A stretch of DNA of 56,355 bases, the filler included, from Jimgerdemannia flammicorona (taxonomy: Eukaryota), in NCBI GenBank assembly GCA_003990765.1. It is 3 parts of 3 records of this genome, joined end to end, with 100 filler letters (N's around TTAATTAATTAA, not from the genome) between each part and the next. Parts side by side here need not be neighbours in the genome. Positions count along the whole stretch, not along the records: positions 18,821 to 37,538 come from RBNJ01002129.1; 2 more parts are not named here. One strand, written 5' to 3'. Positions within the stretch are counted from its first letter, which is position 1. Each line of letters starts with the position of its first letter. Of the stretch, positions 23,501 to 35,163 are shown in pieces. The notes under the pieces are model-generated. The model did not search any database. It was not told the origin of the DNA and worked only from the letters and a program-made list of their open reading frames with translations. The translations under genes were made by a program, and so were the position numbers.

Positions 23501-25123
23501 TTGATTTCGAGGACCCACCCCCCACAGCCGCCGCTTCGGCGCCCATGCAAGTGGTCGATGTCCTAAGCCCCATACCGATCCGCGCGGGGACGATGGACTC
23601 AATCGGTAGTACGAACGCTGCGGGAGTGGAGGATGTTAGGTCGGGAGCATCTTCCCCTACAGTTGGTGGCGCAGGGGTTGAGATTATGGCGGAAAATGAT
23701 AGTAATAGGTTCTTAGTTGTGAATGGGCAGAGCTTCTTTATGGTTGGGTGTGGGTTGCTGTTAGTGAAGATGCTTGATGATTATTTGAGATGTATGGCGA
23801 ATATCCCGTCGTTGACCACGGATGTTATGCAGAAGATGATGGAGTTATTAACGGTATGGTCTGGTTTCTTTTTCTTGGGGAGAAGGGTTAGGTAGAGTTA
23901 CGATGGTGGGTTTGATTCTAGGTTTGTGCGTAGTGACCGGTCGATGGTTGCCAATTTGCATGGCGCTCCTGAATTGATTCGACCCGTTTCTACCAAACCC
24001 AGTTGTTCAACTCGCGCGTGTGCGGCGTTATCCTCGGCGCTGGCGCGATGCAGTCGGCGGGCCTCAAAACCATCTCCGCCAAACATCTCGGTAAGCGCCT
24101 TGATCAGTTTCACGGACCTCGTTCAAAACAGCTCTCGTTGAGCTGGATCGTCTCACGTTTCCATGTCACCTTCTTTTTACAATCCAGCTCTCGCGTCACA
24201 GTCCATTGGTATGATGATCGCGTTGAACCCGGCGCTCGAGGCCTGCGTACGACGTAATATGACGGCTAAGCAGGCCGTCATGCTAACGGAATTTGAGAGG
24301 ATCGCAAAGGTTTGTTTCGGGCGGAGCAGGATGGTGGGAGAGCAATGGAGGAGCGTTGCTGTCAACGGTTGGTTTGGCATTTATATTGTGTTCGCCGTAA
24401 ATCCCTCCCTTCCTAGGACCTCAAGGACCACCAGGCCGAGGTGTACGCGAAGCTGGTGTCCATCATGAACGATCGACTGGCGACGCATTGCAAAGGGTTG
24501 CAGGTAAGTCGTACTGACCAGTCGAGCAGAATGTTAAAACGTTACGGTGACATGCGTATTGATCCGTTTCCCTTTATCTTGTCTTTACCTAGTCCATCAG
24601 TTGGGATCAACAGGAGCCGAACGCCAAAGTCCCCAACTCGTACATGGACGTTCTCGTCAAAGAAACCACTACCCTGCATAAGGTACTGAGCAAGTACCTG
24701 CCGTTGGAGGATGTGCAGGTTTGTATACATTTCATCCTGGGTGGAAGGTTGGGAGACGGTTTGTGGTTTCAGGCTTGTGATTAGAGTACATTTCTTACTA
24801 TGAGCACGGAGCTGACGCGGATGTCAACTTCGATTAGCATATCATGGGTCAAGTCTTCGCATCGTTCACAAAAAAACTGGCAGAAGAGGTGGAGAAACTG
24901 AAAGTCACGACGGCGCCGGGGAAGACGAGGTTGGTTGTCTTTTATTTTTATTTCAATCTGGTTGCAATCATGTCAACTGCCCAAAACTTTTTCTGACAAC
25001 ATTCGCTTTGCCAGGCTGCTCGCCGACGCAGAGTTCTTCCGCCGCAAATTGTCTGCCCTGGGGGACGTCGAACCCCCCAGTGATGAAATTGAGGTCGTGA
25101 TAAACGCGATCCAAGTCGAATGA
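20549..25123 (+). CDS. VPS54: Vacuolar protein sorting 54 (GARP subunit), ~1193 aa; exons 20549-20894, 20988-22546, 22706-22788, 22884-23853, 24003-24090, 24188-24309, 24417-24503, 24593-24718, 24838-24929, 25015-25123
   Basis: GT..AG introns in phase. Motifs NAISGVLNDP, VPTIFFDPEFNLENPRTF, LQEKLSHYLDTVEVHLIQEISRRSNSFFEALSNLQ, FNSRVCGVILGAGAMQSAGLKTISAKHLALASQS, LVKETTTLHKVLSKYL. Confidence 0.95.
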
Positions 25124-25350
25124 ATGGGGGAGATGATGAGCGACTCATGTCCTTGTTCTTATTGTTTGAGGGTTTGCCGATGGGTATGTTTATTTCGTAC
25201 ATTCTTTAGGGTTGGTTGTCGTTTGTTGTTTTTATTGTAATTCTGAGAATGGGCATGCGTTACGGAGAATGCATCGAAAGTCGCTGTTTTATGTAGCGGA
25301 CACTACGGGAGTTTTGGTTTTTAGGTTTCGCACCATGTACATTCCATCAA

Positions 25351-25352
<2 letters not shown>

Positions 25353-25387
<35 letters not shown>

Positions 25388-25390
25388 TTT

Positions 25391-25426
<36 letters not shown>
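25353..25426. repeat. poly(T) tract at the edge of the gene island
   Basis: About 70 T with two G interruptions. CpG content drops sharply shortly after it. Confidence 0.8.
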
Positions 25427-25714
25427 CCTGTCTTCTGTCTTAATCGCGCTTTGGCGTCACGAATTCAAAAGTCTGTCTTCACCACATCATAGACATATAA
25501 TAATAATTCATACAATAATCAGTGATCACTTTTTTCAAAATAGTAATACCAAAAGAGTACTACTAGTTGCAGTCTCATTCTTATCAGATTTAGTATATTA
25601 TGACTTTTTCTTTATTTTTTCTTCTCTTTCTCCCAGCGACATAAAGTGGAGATGGAAAAATTATCTCTTAAGTTTGTAATATAGGCAAAGTTAAGCATTT
25701 TGACTTATATTTAC

Positions 25715-26545
25715 TGTAATGTGCCAGCTCAATGAAAACAAATTACAAGGTTGGGGTTGCTATGTAGATTGGCTTAAGCTCTTAGTTATTTTGTCAAAAG
25801 TAATAAAATGTTTAGTGGGTTCTTTCAAAAAATAGATGTAAGTTCTGTTCACATAATATGGATGGTTTTGGTGAGTTTCCTAATTAGGCAAAATCAGTAT
25901 AATATGATAAATTCAATAGATTTCTTATATTCTTCCAAAAATAGCAGATTTCTTGAATAGTAGATAGTAGTAGACTTCTCTTCAAATAGCAGATCTTCAG
26001 GTTTAGTCTGGCAAGTATACCAAATTGAATCTTCTCTTCTTTATATTGAAAAGTGGACCAGAGTATAAATCAGATATGAGCTCACAATCTTCTAAAAGTG
26101 GCTTTAGAGTAGACATTTCTCCTAAGTGTTGCAATCTTTCCTAAATCAAGTGGCTTTTAGCAGATATCTCTCAAAATGTAGTAGACAGACTTGTCTTTTG
26201 CTTTTTGGTTTTGAATTTTGGACTGAGGTTTATTCACTTGAATCTCTGAGGTATTTTATATATATAGTTATAATTACTAGCTAGTTGCTATATAGCTATT
26301 TATAGATTATTATTTCTGGTAATGTTTAGCTATTCTTATTAAGAATATAAATCTCAAATTCTGATACAATATACTAGCTAGAAATACTTTGTACTCTTAT
26401 TTGACTATTTGAGTTATTTATATAAGTTGATGTAATAAAGAAGCTCTGGTTACCTAATATATCTAATATGATATATAGCTAAATTATAGTAACTAATTTA
26501 GATAATAACTAGGTATATTTCTCTACTAACTTATTATATCAGCTC
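25715..26545 (-). repeat. Probable old LTR (continues after Gypsy-2 from 34004) into which Gypsy-2 inserted
   Basis: Begins TGTAAT. The minus strand has TATAAAATACC followed by AATAAA near 26230-26265, the same layout as other LTRs here. The other end was not located. Confidence 0.4.
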
Positions 26546-27008
26546 TATAATAGTTCTAGTTTCTTTAAGAGGAAGTAGCTAAATCTGAAAGTTCTAGTTG
26601 ACCTAAAGTAGCTTGAAGAGATACTTAAAGGTTCAAGGATTCTTAAAAGATTTCTGAGAGAAAATATTCTGAGCTTTATTCAGGCAGAGAACAAGAATAT
26701 TTATATATGATCAGAAAGAAAGATCTGAAAGGATCTTGGAAAGAAAGAGAAATGCCAAGAAATAGATTCTTACAAAGCTAACTAATATAATTCTACAATG
26801 TTCTAAAAGGTTCTATAACTAGCTAAGATAAGATACTTAGTACCAAGGAAAGATAAGAATATTCTGGTAGTATCTGAGTACCAAGAGAAGGTTTTTAAAC
26901 AAGTAGAAGATAGTGGAATATAGTAGAATATTTAAGAAATAATAAGAAAAGACTAACTAAAAGATGTGAAAATATACTAAGATTAAATATGATTGTGAAA
27001 TTGTTATA
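26546..27008 (-). repeat. Gypsy-2 3' LTR
   Basis: Direct repeat of 33591-34003, adjacent to the PPT. Confidence 0.9.
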
Positions 27009-30000
27009 TTTCTCTCTCCTTAAGAATCAATATCCTTATTGAGTTCTTAGGTAATACAAGACTAGATATATTTAACTAAAATTTCTCAAACTTGTATTGA
27101 TGCATTGGTGAAGATTAGTCATTCTCATATAGAGTAGAGAGCCTATTACTATACTAATCAACTGGGAGAAATTCAAACCTAGCTAGTAGCTTTATTTCAG
27201 TAGACTTCTTGTTCATTAAATGTTCTGCTAGTTCCAAGGTCCCAAAGTAAACTTCCAATATATAAGGCACTGGTTATTACTATAGGTTATCAACAATCCA
27301 AAAAAGTCACTATAGGGATTAGGTAATATATTTTATCTTGAAGTCTTGAAGTAGATCTTGAGAGTTCTTGAGATTGACCAGCAGTTTCCAGATAGTATTA
27401 TATTCAGGATAGCTCATCTACTGGATAGGTATTCAGGACAGTGATAGCAGATTTATTTATCAAGGATTTTCTCAGCTTTATACTCAATATGGTCTTCAAT
27501 AATCACAAGGACAGATGGCTTGGAAATTTGACCAGGGTAGGGTGGTGACTGGTTCCAGATCTTGAGATGTGATATATGAAAGACTGGGTATACTCTCATG
27601 GTTTCAGGTAGCTTAAGGCAGTGGGAGGATGTAGAGACTTATTTAGTGATCTCAAAAGATCCAATATACTTAAGTTGAAACTTGTTTGAAGGGCAGTTGA
27701 CTTGAGATTATATCTTAAGGTTCTTAGTAGACAGTAGGACTTGATCTCTAATAGTATAGGTAATATCATGGCATTTCTTATCAGCATACTTAGATTGATA
27801 CTATTAGGCCTTCTAAAGATTTATAATGGCAATCTTGAGTAGAGTGTCCATTTTATCTATAAGGCTCTTAGTGGTAGGAACTTGTATTTGACTGTTTTTC
27901 TTGAAAGAGACTAGACTTGTAGGGGTCTCAGAATCTTAACTATAGAGTAACCAGAAAGAGGAAAGACCAGTAGATGATTGGACAGCATTGTTGTATACAA
28001 ACTCTATATAAGTCAGATAGTAGTCCTAATTATCTTATCTATAACAAATATAGTTTTTAAGTATCTGTTTTAAAGTTCTGTTCATATACTCAGTTTGTCC
28101 ATCAGTTTATGAGTGAAAGGCAGTAGACATAGCCAATTGGATTTCCAGAGTCTTGAAGAGAGTTTGCCAGAAGTGACTGGTAAACTTGAGGTTATGATCA
28201 CTGACAATTACTCATAGTAGACCATAGTGATGGAAGATAAACTTGAAGAAGATTCTTGTAATCTTGGGTACAGTAACATTAGTAGTGGTTAGTTCAACAA
28301 CCATAGTCTTGGTCAGATAGTCAATGAATATAATAATAGCATCTGCACCAGATTGAGTTTGTAGTAGTTGAGTTACAAAGTCCATAGTAACTTGTTTAAA
28401 TTTCTTGGTGAGAATTGGCAGTAGTTATAGCAAACTAGCTGGTACTTGGTTGATAGACTTATTGTACTGGCATAGATCACAGCTAGTAATATAGTTCTTG
28501 ATTTCCTTGACTATGCTTGGCCAATAGTAGTAGCATTAGATGTTCTTGACAGTTTTCTTGATTTCTAGATAACTGACAAGAGGGGAGTTATGATGTTCTT
28601 GCAAAATCTTGTAGTATAGGTTCATACTTTCAGATAGATAGACTTGATCTTGATGATAGATCAGGTTGTTCTCAATAGTATATATATCTTTGAGCTTATT
28701 TAAAAAAACTCTAGTAGCAACTATGTCTTCTTTATAAGCTTGCCTAATTTGGTCTAGGAATTCTGATATCAAGGTGACTTGTATGATTATGGCAAGGTCT
28801 GGGCATCTTAATAAGGCATCTAGTACTATAAGTATCTTACCAGGCTTGTAGATGATCATCAGGTTGAAGGTTTGAAGCTTGAGACTCTACTTGGCTTGTT
28901 AGTATGATAGAGTAGGCTGGGTGTTGATATATTTGAGAGATTGATGGTTAGTAATGACATCAAACTCAACACCTTCTAAATAGCATCACCAGTAGTCTAA
29001 TATGTATATGTATTATTATCAGTAGTTTCTTCTCATGAGTGACTAGCTTCTGTTTGGCTAGAGCTAACTTGCAGGACTCGAAAGCAATAGGATAATATTC
29101 TTTGCTATAATCTTGTAATAAGACTACTCTAATAGCAAAATTCAACACATTAGTAGTGATTATGAATTTTAGGCTTTGATCTATATTATGCAGGACTGGA
29201 GCATGGGTTAGGTAGTTCTTGAGTTCTTGAAAGACTTATTGACAGAAGAGGTCTCAGATATAGGGTATATAGTGGTCTGAGTACAAGACCTTCCTCATGA
29301 GGTTAGTCAGTGGCTTGGCAATACTAGAGAAGTTTCTGACAAAGTAATAGTAGTAGCCAGCTAGACTAAGAAGGAATCAGAGTTCTATAAGGTTTGACAG
29401 AATAGGCTATTCTTGAATTGCCTCTATCTTGTGTAAGTCTACTTGAATTCCCTATATAGAGATAATGTATCCAAGATATTCAACTTGTTCCTTGAAGAAT
29501 TCACACTTCTTGAGCTTAGTATAAAGCTTATATTTTCACAGGATCTCCAGAACTATTCAAATACATTTAAGGTGTTCTTCTTTAGTTATACTAAAGATCA
29601 AGATATCATCAAGATATACCAATAGAAAAATAAATAGTTGGTCCTTAAATATATTGTTCATTAAGGTCTAGAATGTGGCAGATACATTGGTGAGACTAAA
29701 TACTAAGATCAGGAATTTGTAAAGTCTAAAGGGGATTATGAATACAGTCTTAGAAATGTCTTCTGGCTTGATTTGGATCTGGTGGTATTCTGATATAAGG
29801 TCCAACTTGGTGAAGTACTTGGTATTCTTAAGAGTATTAAAGATTTGATCAATCAAGGGTAGCAGATAGTGGTTCTTGACAGTGAGCTTGTTGAGTATAC
29901 AGTAGTCTATGTACATTTGCAGGATACTATTCTTCTTCTTGACAAATAAGACTAGTGAGCCATAGGGAGATTTGCTTGGCTGAATGGCTCCTCATATAAG

Positions 30001-30088
30001 TAGTTCTTTTAGACTGCTTCAATTTTGAGTGGTAATATGTGGTATATATATTTCTTGGGTGATATAGCTTCTGGGGTCAGTTTGATTT

Positions 30089-30091
<3 letters not shown>

Positions 30092-30128
<37 letters not shown>

Positions 30129-31486
30129 GGCTGTTGCCTCATTTATTAACTATCTATAATATGTCACATATCCTCATACAACATCAGTAGCCCCATTCTA
30201 CCCCAATCTCAACCCACCTTCACTCTCATCCAGTCTTGCACCTTTAGAGTGTGAGTTGCGACCTCACTGCCTGAGTAACTAGATCCTCCTACCCAGTCTG
30301 CCCTACCTGTAGGTATGGGTTGTGAGCCCCAACCACCTCAAGTACTTGGCATCTAGTGCACCTGACCTACCCCTATTAGTGCCTCCTGTCTTGCCCATCT
30401 AGCTCATCTTATCTGTCTTGCCCACTCATGTTACCCATATTGCCTATGCTGCCATCTTGCCATCTTGTCTGTCTTGCCCATCTTGCCCATCTTGCTCATC
30501 TTGCCTGTCTTGCCCACCCATGTTGCCCATATCTCATGTTGCCTGTGTTGCCCATGTTATCTGTGTTGCCTGTGTTGCCCATTTTACCTGTTTTGTCTGT
30601 CTTGCCCATGTCGCCTGTCTTGTCTGTCTTGCCCACCCATGTTGCCCATATTGCCCATGTTGCTATCTTGCCATCTTGCCTGTCTTGCCCATCTTGCCTG
30701 TCTTGCCTGTCTTGCCCATCTTGCCCACCCATATTGCCCATCTTGTCTGTATTGCCCATGTTGCCCATTTTGCTCATTTTGCCTATATCACCTGTCTTAC
30801 CATCTACCCATCTTGCCCATATCACCCATCTTGCCCATCTTGCCCATCTTGCTCATCTTGCCCATCTTGCCCACCCATATTACTTATGTTGCCCACCCGT
30901 GTTGCCTGTGTTGCCCATGTTGCCCGCCTATATTGCCCATATTGCCCATATTACCTGTTTTATCCATTTTGCCTGTTTTGCCTATCTTGCCCATGTTGTC
31001 TGTCTTGCCGTCTGCCCATCTTGCCCATGTCACCCATCTTGCCATCTTGCCATCTTGCTGTCTTGTCTGTCTTGTCCATCTTACCTGTCTTGCCTGTCTT
31101 ACCCATCTTGCCTATCTTGCCTGTCTTGCCCATATTGCCTGTCTTGTCATCTTGCCATCTTGCCTATCTTGCCTGTCTTATTCATCTTGCCCATCTTGTC
31201 CATCTTGCCTGCCCATGTTGCCCATGTTGCCTGTGTTGCCTATATTGCTCATGTTGCCCGCTCATGTTGCCCATATTGCCTGTGTTGCCCGCCTGTGTTG
31301 CCTGTATTGCCCATGTTGTCCGTTTTGCCCATTTTGCCCATGTTGCCTGTCTTGCCATCTGCCCATCTTACTCATGTCACCCATCTTGCCATCTTGCCAT
31401 CTTGCCCGTCTTGCCCACCCATGTTGCCTGTATTGCCCATGTTGCCCCTGTCTGTGTGGCTTAGCTCACTCTGAGTGGTTTGAGCT
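30092..31486 (-). mobile_element. Non-autonomous poly(A) retroposon with internal VNTR, inserted in Gypsy-2 pol
   Basis: poly(T) to 30125. 17-bp TSD GGTCAGTTTGATTT(C/T)AT at 30075-30091 and 31487-31503. Gypsy-2 pol resumes after the second TSD. Confidence 0.88.
30387..31448. repeat. 9-bp minisatellite (CTTGCCCAT / CTTGCCTGT / GTTGCCCAT variants), more than 100 units
   Basis: Directly visible tandem array. Confidence 0.95.
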
Positions 31487-32127
31487 GGTCAGTTTGATTT
31501 TATGATCAACTTCTCATATAGGTGGTAGATCAGGTAGCTTATCTGAAAAGACATCCTTGAATTCTTCTAGCAGTAACTTGATACTTTCATTGACTGATAG
31601 TCTCTTATCTTGTTTCTTAAGATAGACTATTACAATAAAGGCATACATCACCTTCTTGAGTGCTCTCTTATGTATACTGTATAGCTAACAGTATTGCAAT
31701 CTGGGTCTTGCTTATAGTCTTGTCTGTCTTGATAGTAATATTGACTCCATCTTAAAGTAAGGTAACTTCATTCTTGTACTAATTAATGTCTGAGTTGTAT
31801 TTTGTAAGCTAAGGTTTTCCTAGAATCAGGTCATAATCTCCTAGTGGTATGATCTTAAAGTCTACTTATTCCCAATATTTCTGGATCTTGATGAGTAGTT
31901 TGGCAGCAATTGACTCAATGGAGTGCAGTATGCCATCTGTAGTAACTATATTGTTATTCTTAAGTATAGGCTTGATGAGAATCTTGAGCCTTTTGATGAG
32001 GTTCTGATTGATAAAGTTCTCTGTAGCTCTACTATCTATAAGTATTTGAACTTCCTTTCCTTTGAATAGATTTTTGAAAATGAGTATAGCTTGAGCTCAG
32101 TTTTTAGTAAGACTTACTGCTTGATCA

Positions 32128-32535
32128 GTGCTATCAAAACCTTTTTGGTCTTATTTGGTTTCAGAGAGTTCTTAGACTTCTATAATCTTAAGTTGATTGG
32201 CTTTTTCTAGAATTATTTGCATAGCTCAGTCTCCTTCCTTGACTGTATAGTCTTGATTCTTCTAGTTGATAAGCAGAACTTGAACTTGTTCTTAAAAGTC
32301 TGAGTCAATAACACCAGTGCCTATATCTAAATGATGTTTAATACTGAGTCCTAATTATGGTACAATTTTGGCATAATGTCCTTCAAGATATTAGACAGCA
32401 ATTCCAGTAAGTACCAGAGTTCAGCTTTTGGCTGGAATGGTAACTTATTTGACAGAGTATAGGTCAAAACCAATGGCTCCTTCTGTTTGATATTAAGAGG
32501 CCTGGGCCTTTGAGTGAAGCTTCTTGATCTTGAGC
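32128..32535 (-). pseudogene. dut: dUTPase domain of Gypsy-2
   Basis: GAIGFDLYS (motif 1), P*LGLS (motif 2), GVIDSDF (motif 3), GD*AMQ (motif 4), KGFDST (motif 5). Confidence 0.85.
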
Positions 32536-33590
32536 TTGGGTTGACTGATAGTAGGGCTAACAGGTGTATCTTTAGACAACATAGTGACTGGTCTAGAAGG
32601 TTTGCTAGTCTTCTTAGGATGTTTAGTTACAATATGTCCTATTTAGTGACAGAAGAAATAGACTCCAGATTTCTTCAAGTGATTCTTTTCTTCAGAGGTA
32701 AGCTTGGTATTCTTTTTGTTCATAGTGTCTAAATTTATTAGTACTGGGCCAATTGTCCTTAGTTGATTTTTATAACAGTTCTCAAAGTGATTATTCTTAT
32801 AGTGTTCTGGTTCAAAGTGGTTGTCAAAGGTAATGACATCAAACTTATTAGTGATCCTCATAGCTTCATCAAGGCTTTGTGGCTCTTCTAACTTGATCTT
32901 GACTTATGTGTTTTCCTTCAGACCTCAGATATAGTAGTCTATCTTTTCATCCTCAGCTATCACTGGTAGTTTGAGTAGGATTGATAGGAATTATATATTA
33001 TAGCTTTATATAGACTTGAGTTGCTTGATGTTTGCTAGCTTGTCTCTGGCTAGCTTGGTAGTATTAGTAGGCTTGAACTGTCTGTGAAGGGCTCTCTTGA
33101 AAGCTTTCCAATCTTTGATTTATATATATAAATGTATAGATATAGTCATAATATAATTGTATCAAATGGCTATATTTCTTTAGAGGAGTGTAACAGCAAA
33201 TTGAACTTGTATGTTTTCTTTCATTCTTATAAGCTCAAAGTATTAGTCCAATTGGAAGGTCTATATATATATCTGTAGATAGTCCTTCTCAGTGACCTGG
33301 CTTGAGTGGCTTGAAACTGACTAGTACTATAGTAGAGTGTGATATACTTACAGTTATTGTTTTTACTATTCTAGTTGTACTTAAAGTACTTAGATTTAGT
33401 AGGCCATAGAGGTGATCATGTCTTCTATACTGATATGTGATTCTCCTACTTCTTCTATAGCAGAGAGATTCAGCTAGTAGGCTAACTCTTCATAGCTCAT
33501 TTTAGATTTGTGTAACTAGTTGTGATGGATTTCCAAATTTATATAAGATTTCTTAATAAGGTAAGGTATAATAATACCACTACTATCAAG

Positions 33591-34003
33591 TGTAATAGTT
33601 CTAGTTTCCTTAAAAGGAAGCAGCTAAATCTAGAAGTCTAAAATAGCTTAAAGAGATACTTAAAGATTCAAGTATTCTCAAAGGATTTCTGAGAGAAAAT
33701 ATTCTGAGCTTTATTCAGATAGAGAACAAGGATATTTATATATAATTAGAAAGAAAGATCTGGAAGGATCTTGGAAAGAAAGAGAAATGCCAAGAAAAAG
33801 ATTCTTGGTAAAGCTGACTAATATATATAATTCTACAATATTCCAAAAGGTTCTATAACTAGCTAAGATAAGATGCTTAGTGCCAAAAAAAGATAAGAAT
33901 ATTCTAGTAGTGTCTGAATACTGAGAGAAGGTTTCTAAGTAAGTAAAAGGTAACAGAATATATAAAAATATACTAAGACTAAATATGACTATAAATTATT
34001 ATA
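33591..34003 (-). repeat. Gypsy-2 5' LTR
   Basis: TGTAAT...ATA termini; direct repeat of 26546-27008. Confidence 0.9.
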
Positions 34004-35013
34004 AGCCCCCACTAAAGGATAGTTATTATTCTAATATAAGTAGACATCTTCTGTATCTACTTCTGTTCTATCATCTTCTTTAGTTTCAGAGCTATTTTAT
34101 TTTAAAGGCTCTTTTTCTTCACTTTAATAAGTAGTAGGAGTCATTCTTTAGATATCTCTAAGGCAAAATTGGGCCTGGATTAATGCTTCTATATTTTACT
34201 TATAGATAGTATAGAGTCTGTCTACTGTAATAGTATTCCTTTAGATGAGGCCTATGATATATATATCTAATATAGATATACTCAGAGGTTAAGAGATCTT
34301 GTAGTTATTCTCTAATAATATAGTATATCTATAGCTGGTAGATTTCTAAAAGTTACTAAACTATGATGAGATTCTCTTAATGAATCTGAATTAATTAGAA
34401 GTAGTTACTAACAGTTTCTCTAAACTGAGATAAAGAAATTGATAGAACTTAAAAAGAACTAAGGGTAAGGATCTGAAGGTACTAGTTGATTCTCTGAGTT
34501 AGTTAATATATACTAGAGTTCTCAGAGTATATTTATCCATATTTCTTATATAGATATATATACTACAAATAGTGATCATGTGATCTATATATATTCTTTT
34601 CTCTACTATTTTACTAGTTACAAGATTTAATAGGTAACTTTTTGAGTCTACTTTCCATAACCTTTACCTTCTCTACCTTAGATTGGTTTGCTATACCTAT
34701 TGCAAAGTAGTAGAAGAGAGGCAATAGTGATAACTTGCTTCTTTATCAGTATCAGATCAGTGTCTTTTCTACTTTTTTACAGTTTCTAGTATCTTCAGCT
34801 ATATCTAGAGTATTCTTATTTTAATGTAGTGCTTTCTTTCTTTTACTATTATCAATAAGATATTATCTAGTATATTATAGGCTATATATAGAGTTAGCTG
34901 ATCTTGGGCATCAAGTACTAGTATAGGTTATCTATAGGTCTCCAGTATCTGTAGTAGAGCCCTCTGAGCTTTAGTGAACTTTCTGATAAGTACAGTTAGT
35001 GCTCTGATTGAGT

Positions 35014-35163
35014 CAGGGAAATTCAAATCTGATTCAAATTTATCAACCATATGACTGATTTGAGCTAGTTTGAATTCATCATGTAATAAATTTAAATTAG
35101 TTCAAATTCAAATTCATTACATGATAAGTTCAGGTTAATTTGAGCTAGCTCAAATTCACCCTA
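35014..35163. repeat. Short imperfect palindromic element, MITE-like
   Basis: Ends CAGGGAAATTCAAAT... and ...CTCAAATTCACCCTA are imperfect inverted repeats. Internal GAATTC/TTTGAGCTAG/TTCAAATT repeats occur in both orientations. Confidence 0.4.

Larger units (their letters stand above)
27330..33500 (-). pseudogene. Gypsy-2 gag-dut-pro-pol, dozens of stops, interrupted by the 30092-31486 insert
   Basis: ATG 33500; FFCH*IGH zinc knuckle ~32640; LIDSRATENFIN; MYIDY..LNKLTVKN; FSLTNVSATF; VTMDFVTQL; YPVFHISHL; chromodomain EYKAEKILD..YPEYNTIW. Confidence 0.85.
26546..34003 (-). mobile_element. Full-length Ty3/Gypsy chromovirus 'Gypsy-2' with dUTPase, heavily mutated
   Basis: LTR pair 26546-27008 and 33591-34003. 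5-bp TSD AGCTC (26541-26545)/AGCCC (34004-34008). PPT 27009-27021. Decayed PBS TGATAGTAG next to the 5' LTR. Order gag(CCHC)-dUTPase-protease-RT-RH-IN-chromodomain. Confidence 0.92.

Noticed and set aside
19447..24730. Numerous antisense and alternate-frame ORFs over SAS6 and VPS54 (e.g. 19447-20013, 20037-20660, 20140-20676, 23002-23379) and the 22582 start
   Set aside because: Shadows of GC-rich coding exons or intron read-through; the spliced models explain the region.
25212..25679. 155 aa poly-Phe 'membrane protein'
   Set aside because: Translation of a poly(T) tract in the VPS54 3' flank.
30387..31448. CRISPR-like or telomeric array
   Set aside because: No unique spacers, eukaryotic context, and the array is enclosed in a TSD-flanked retroposon.
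30418..31505. Three overlapping ~348 aa Cys/His/Pro-rich ORFs (metallothionein- or keratin-like)
   Set aside because: Artefact of a stop-free 9-bp minisatellite open in all three plus frames, antisense to the poly(A) element that contains it.
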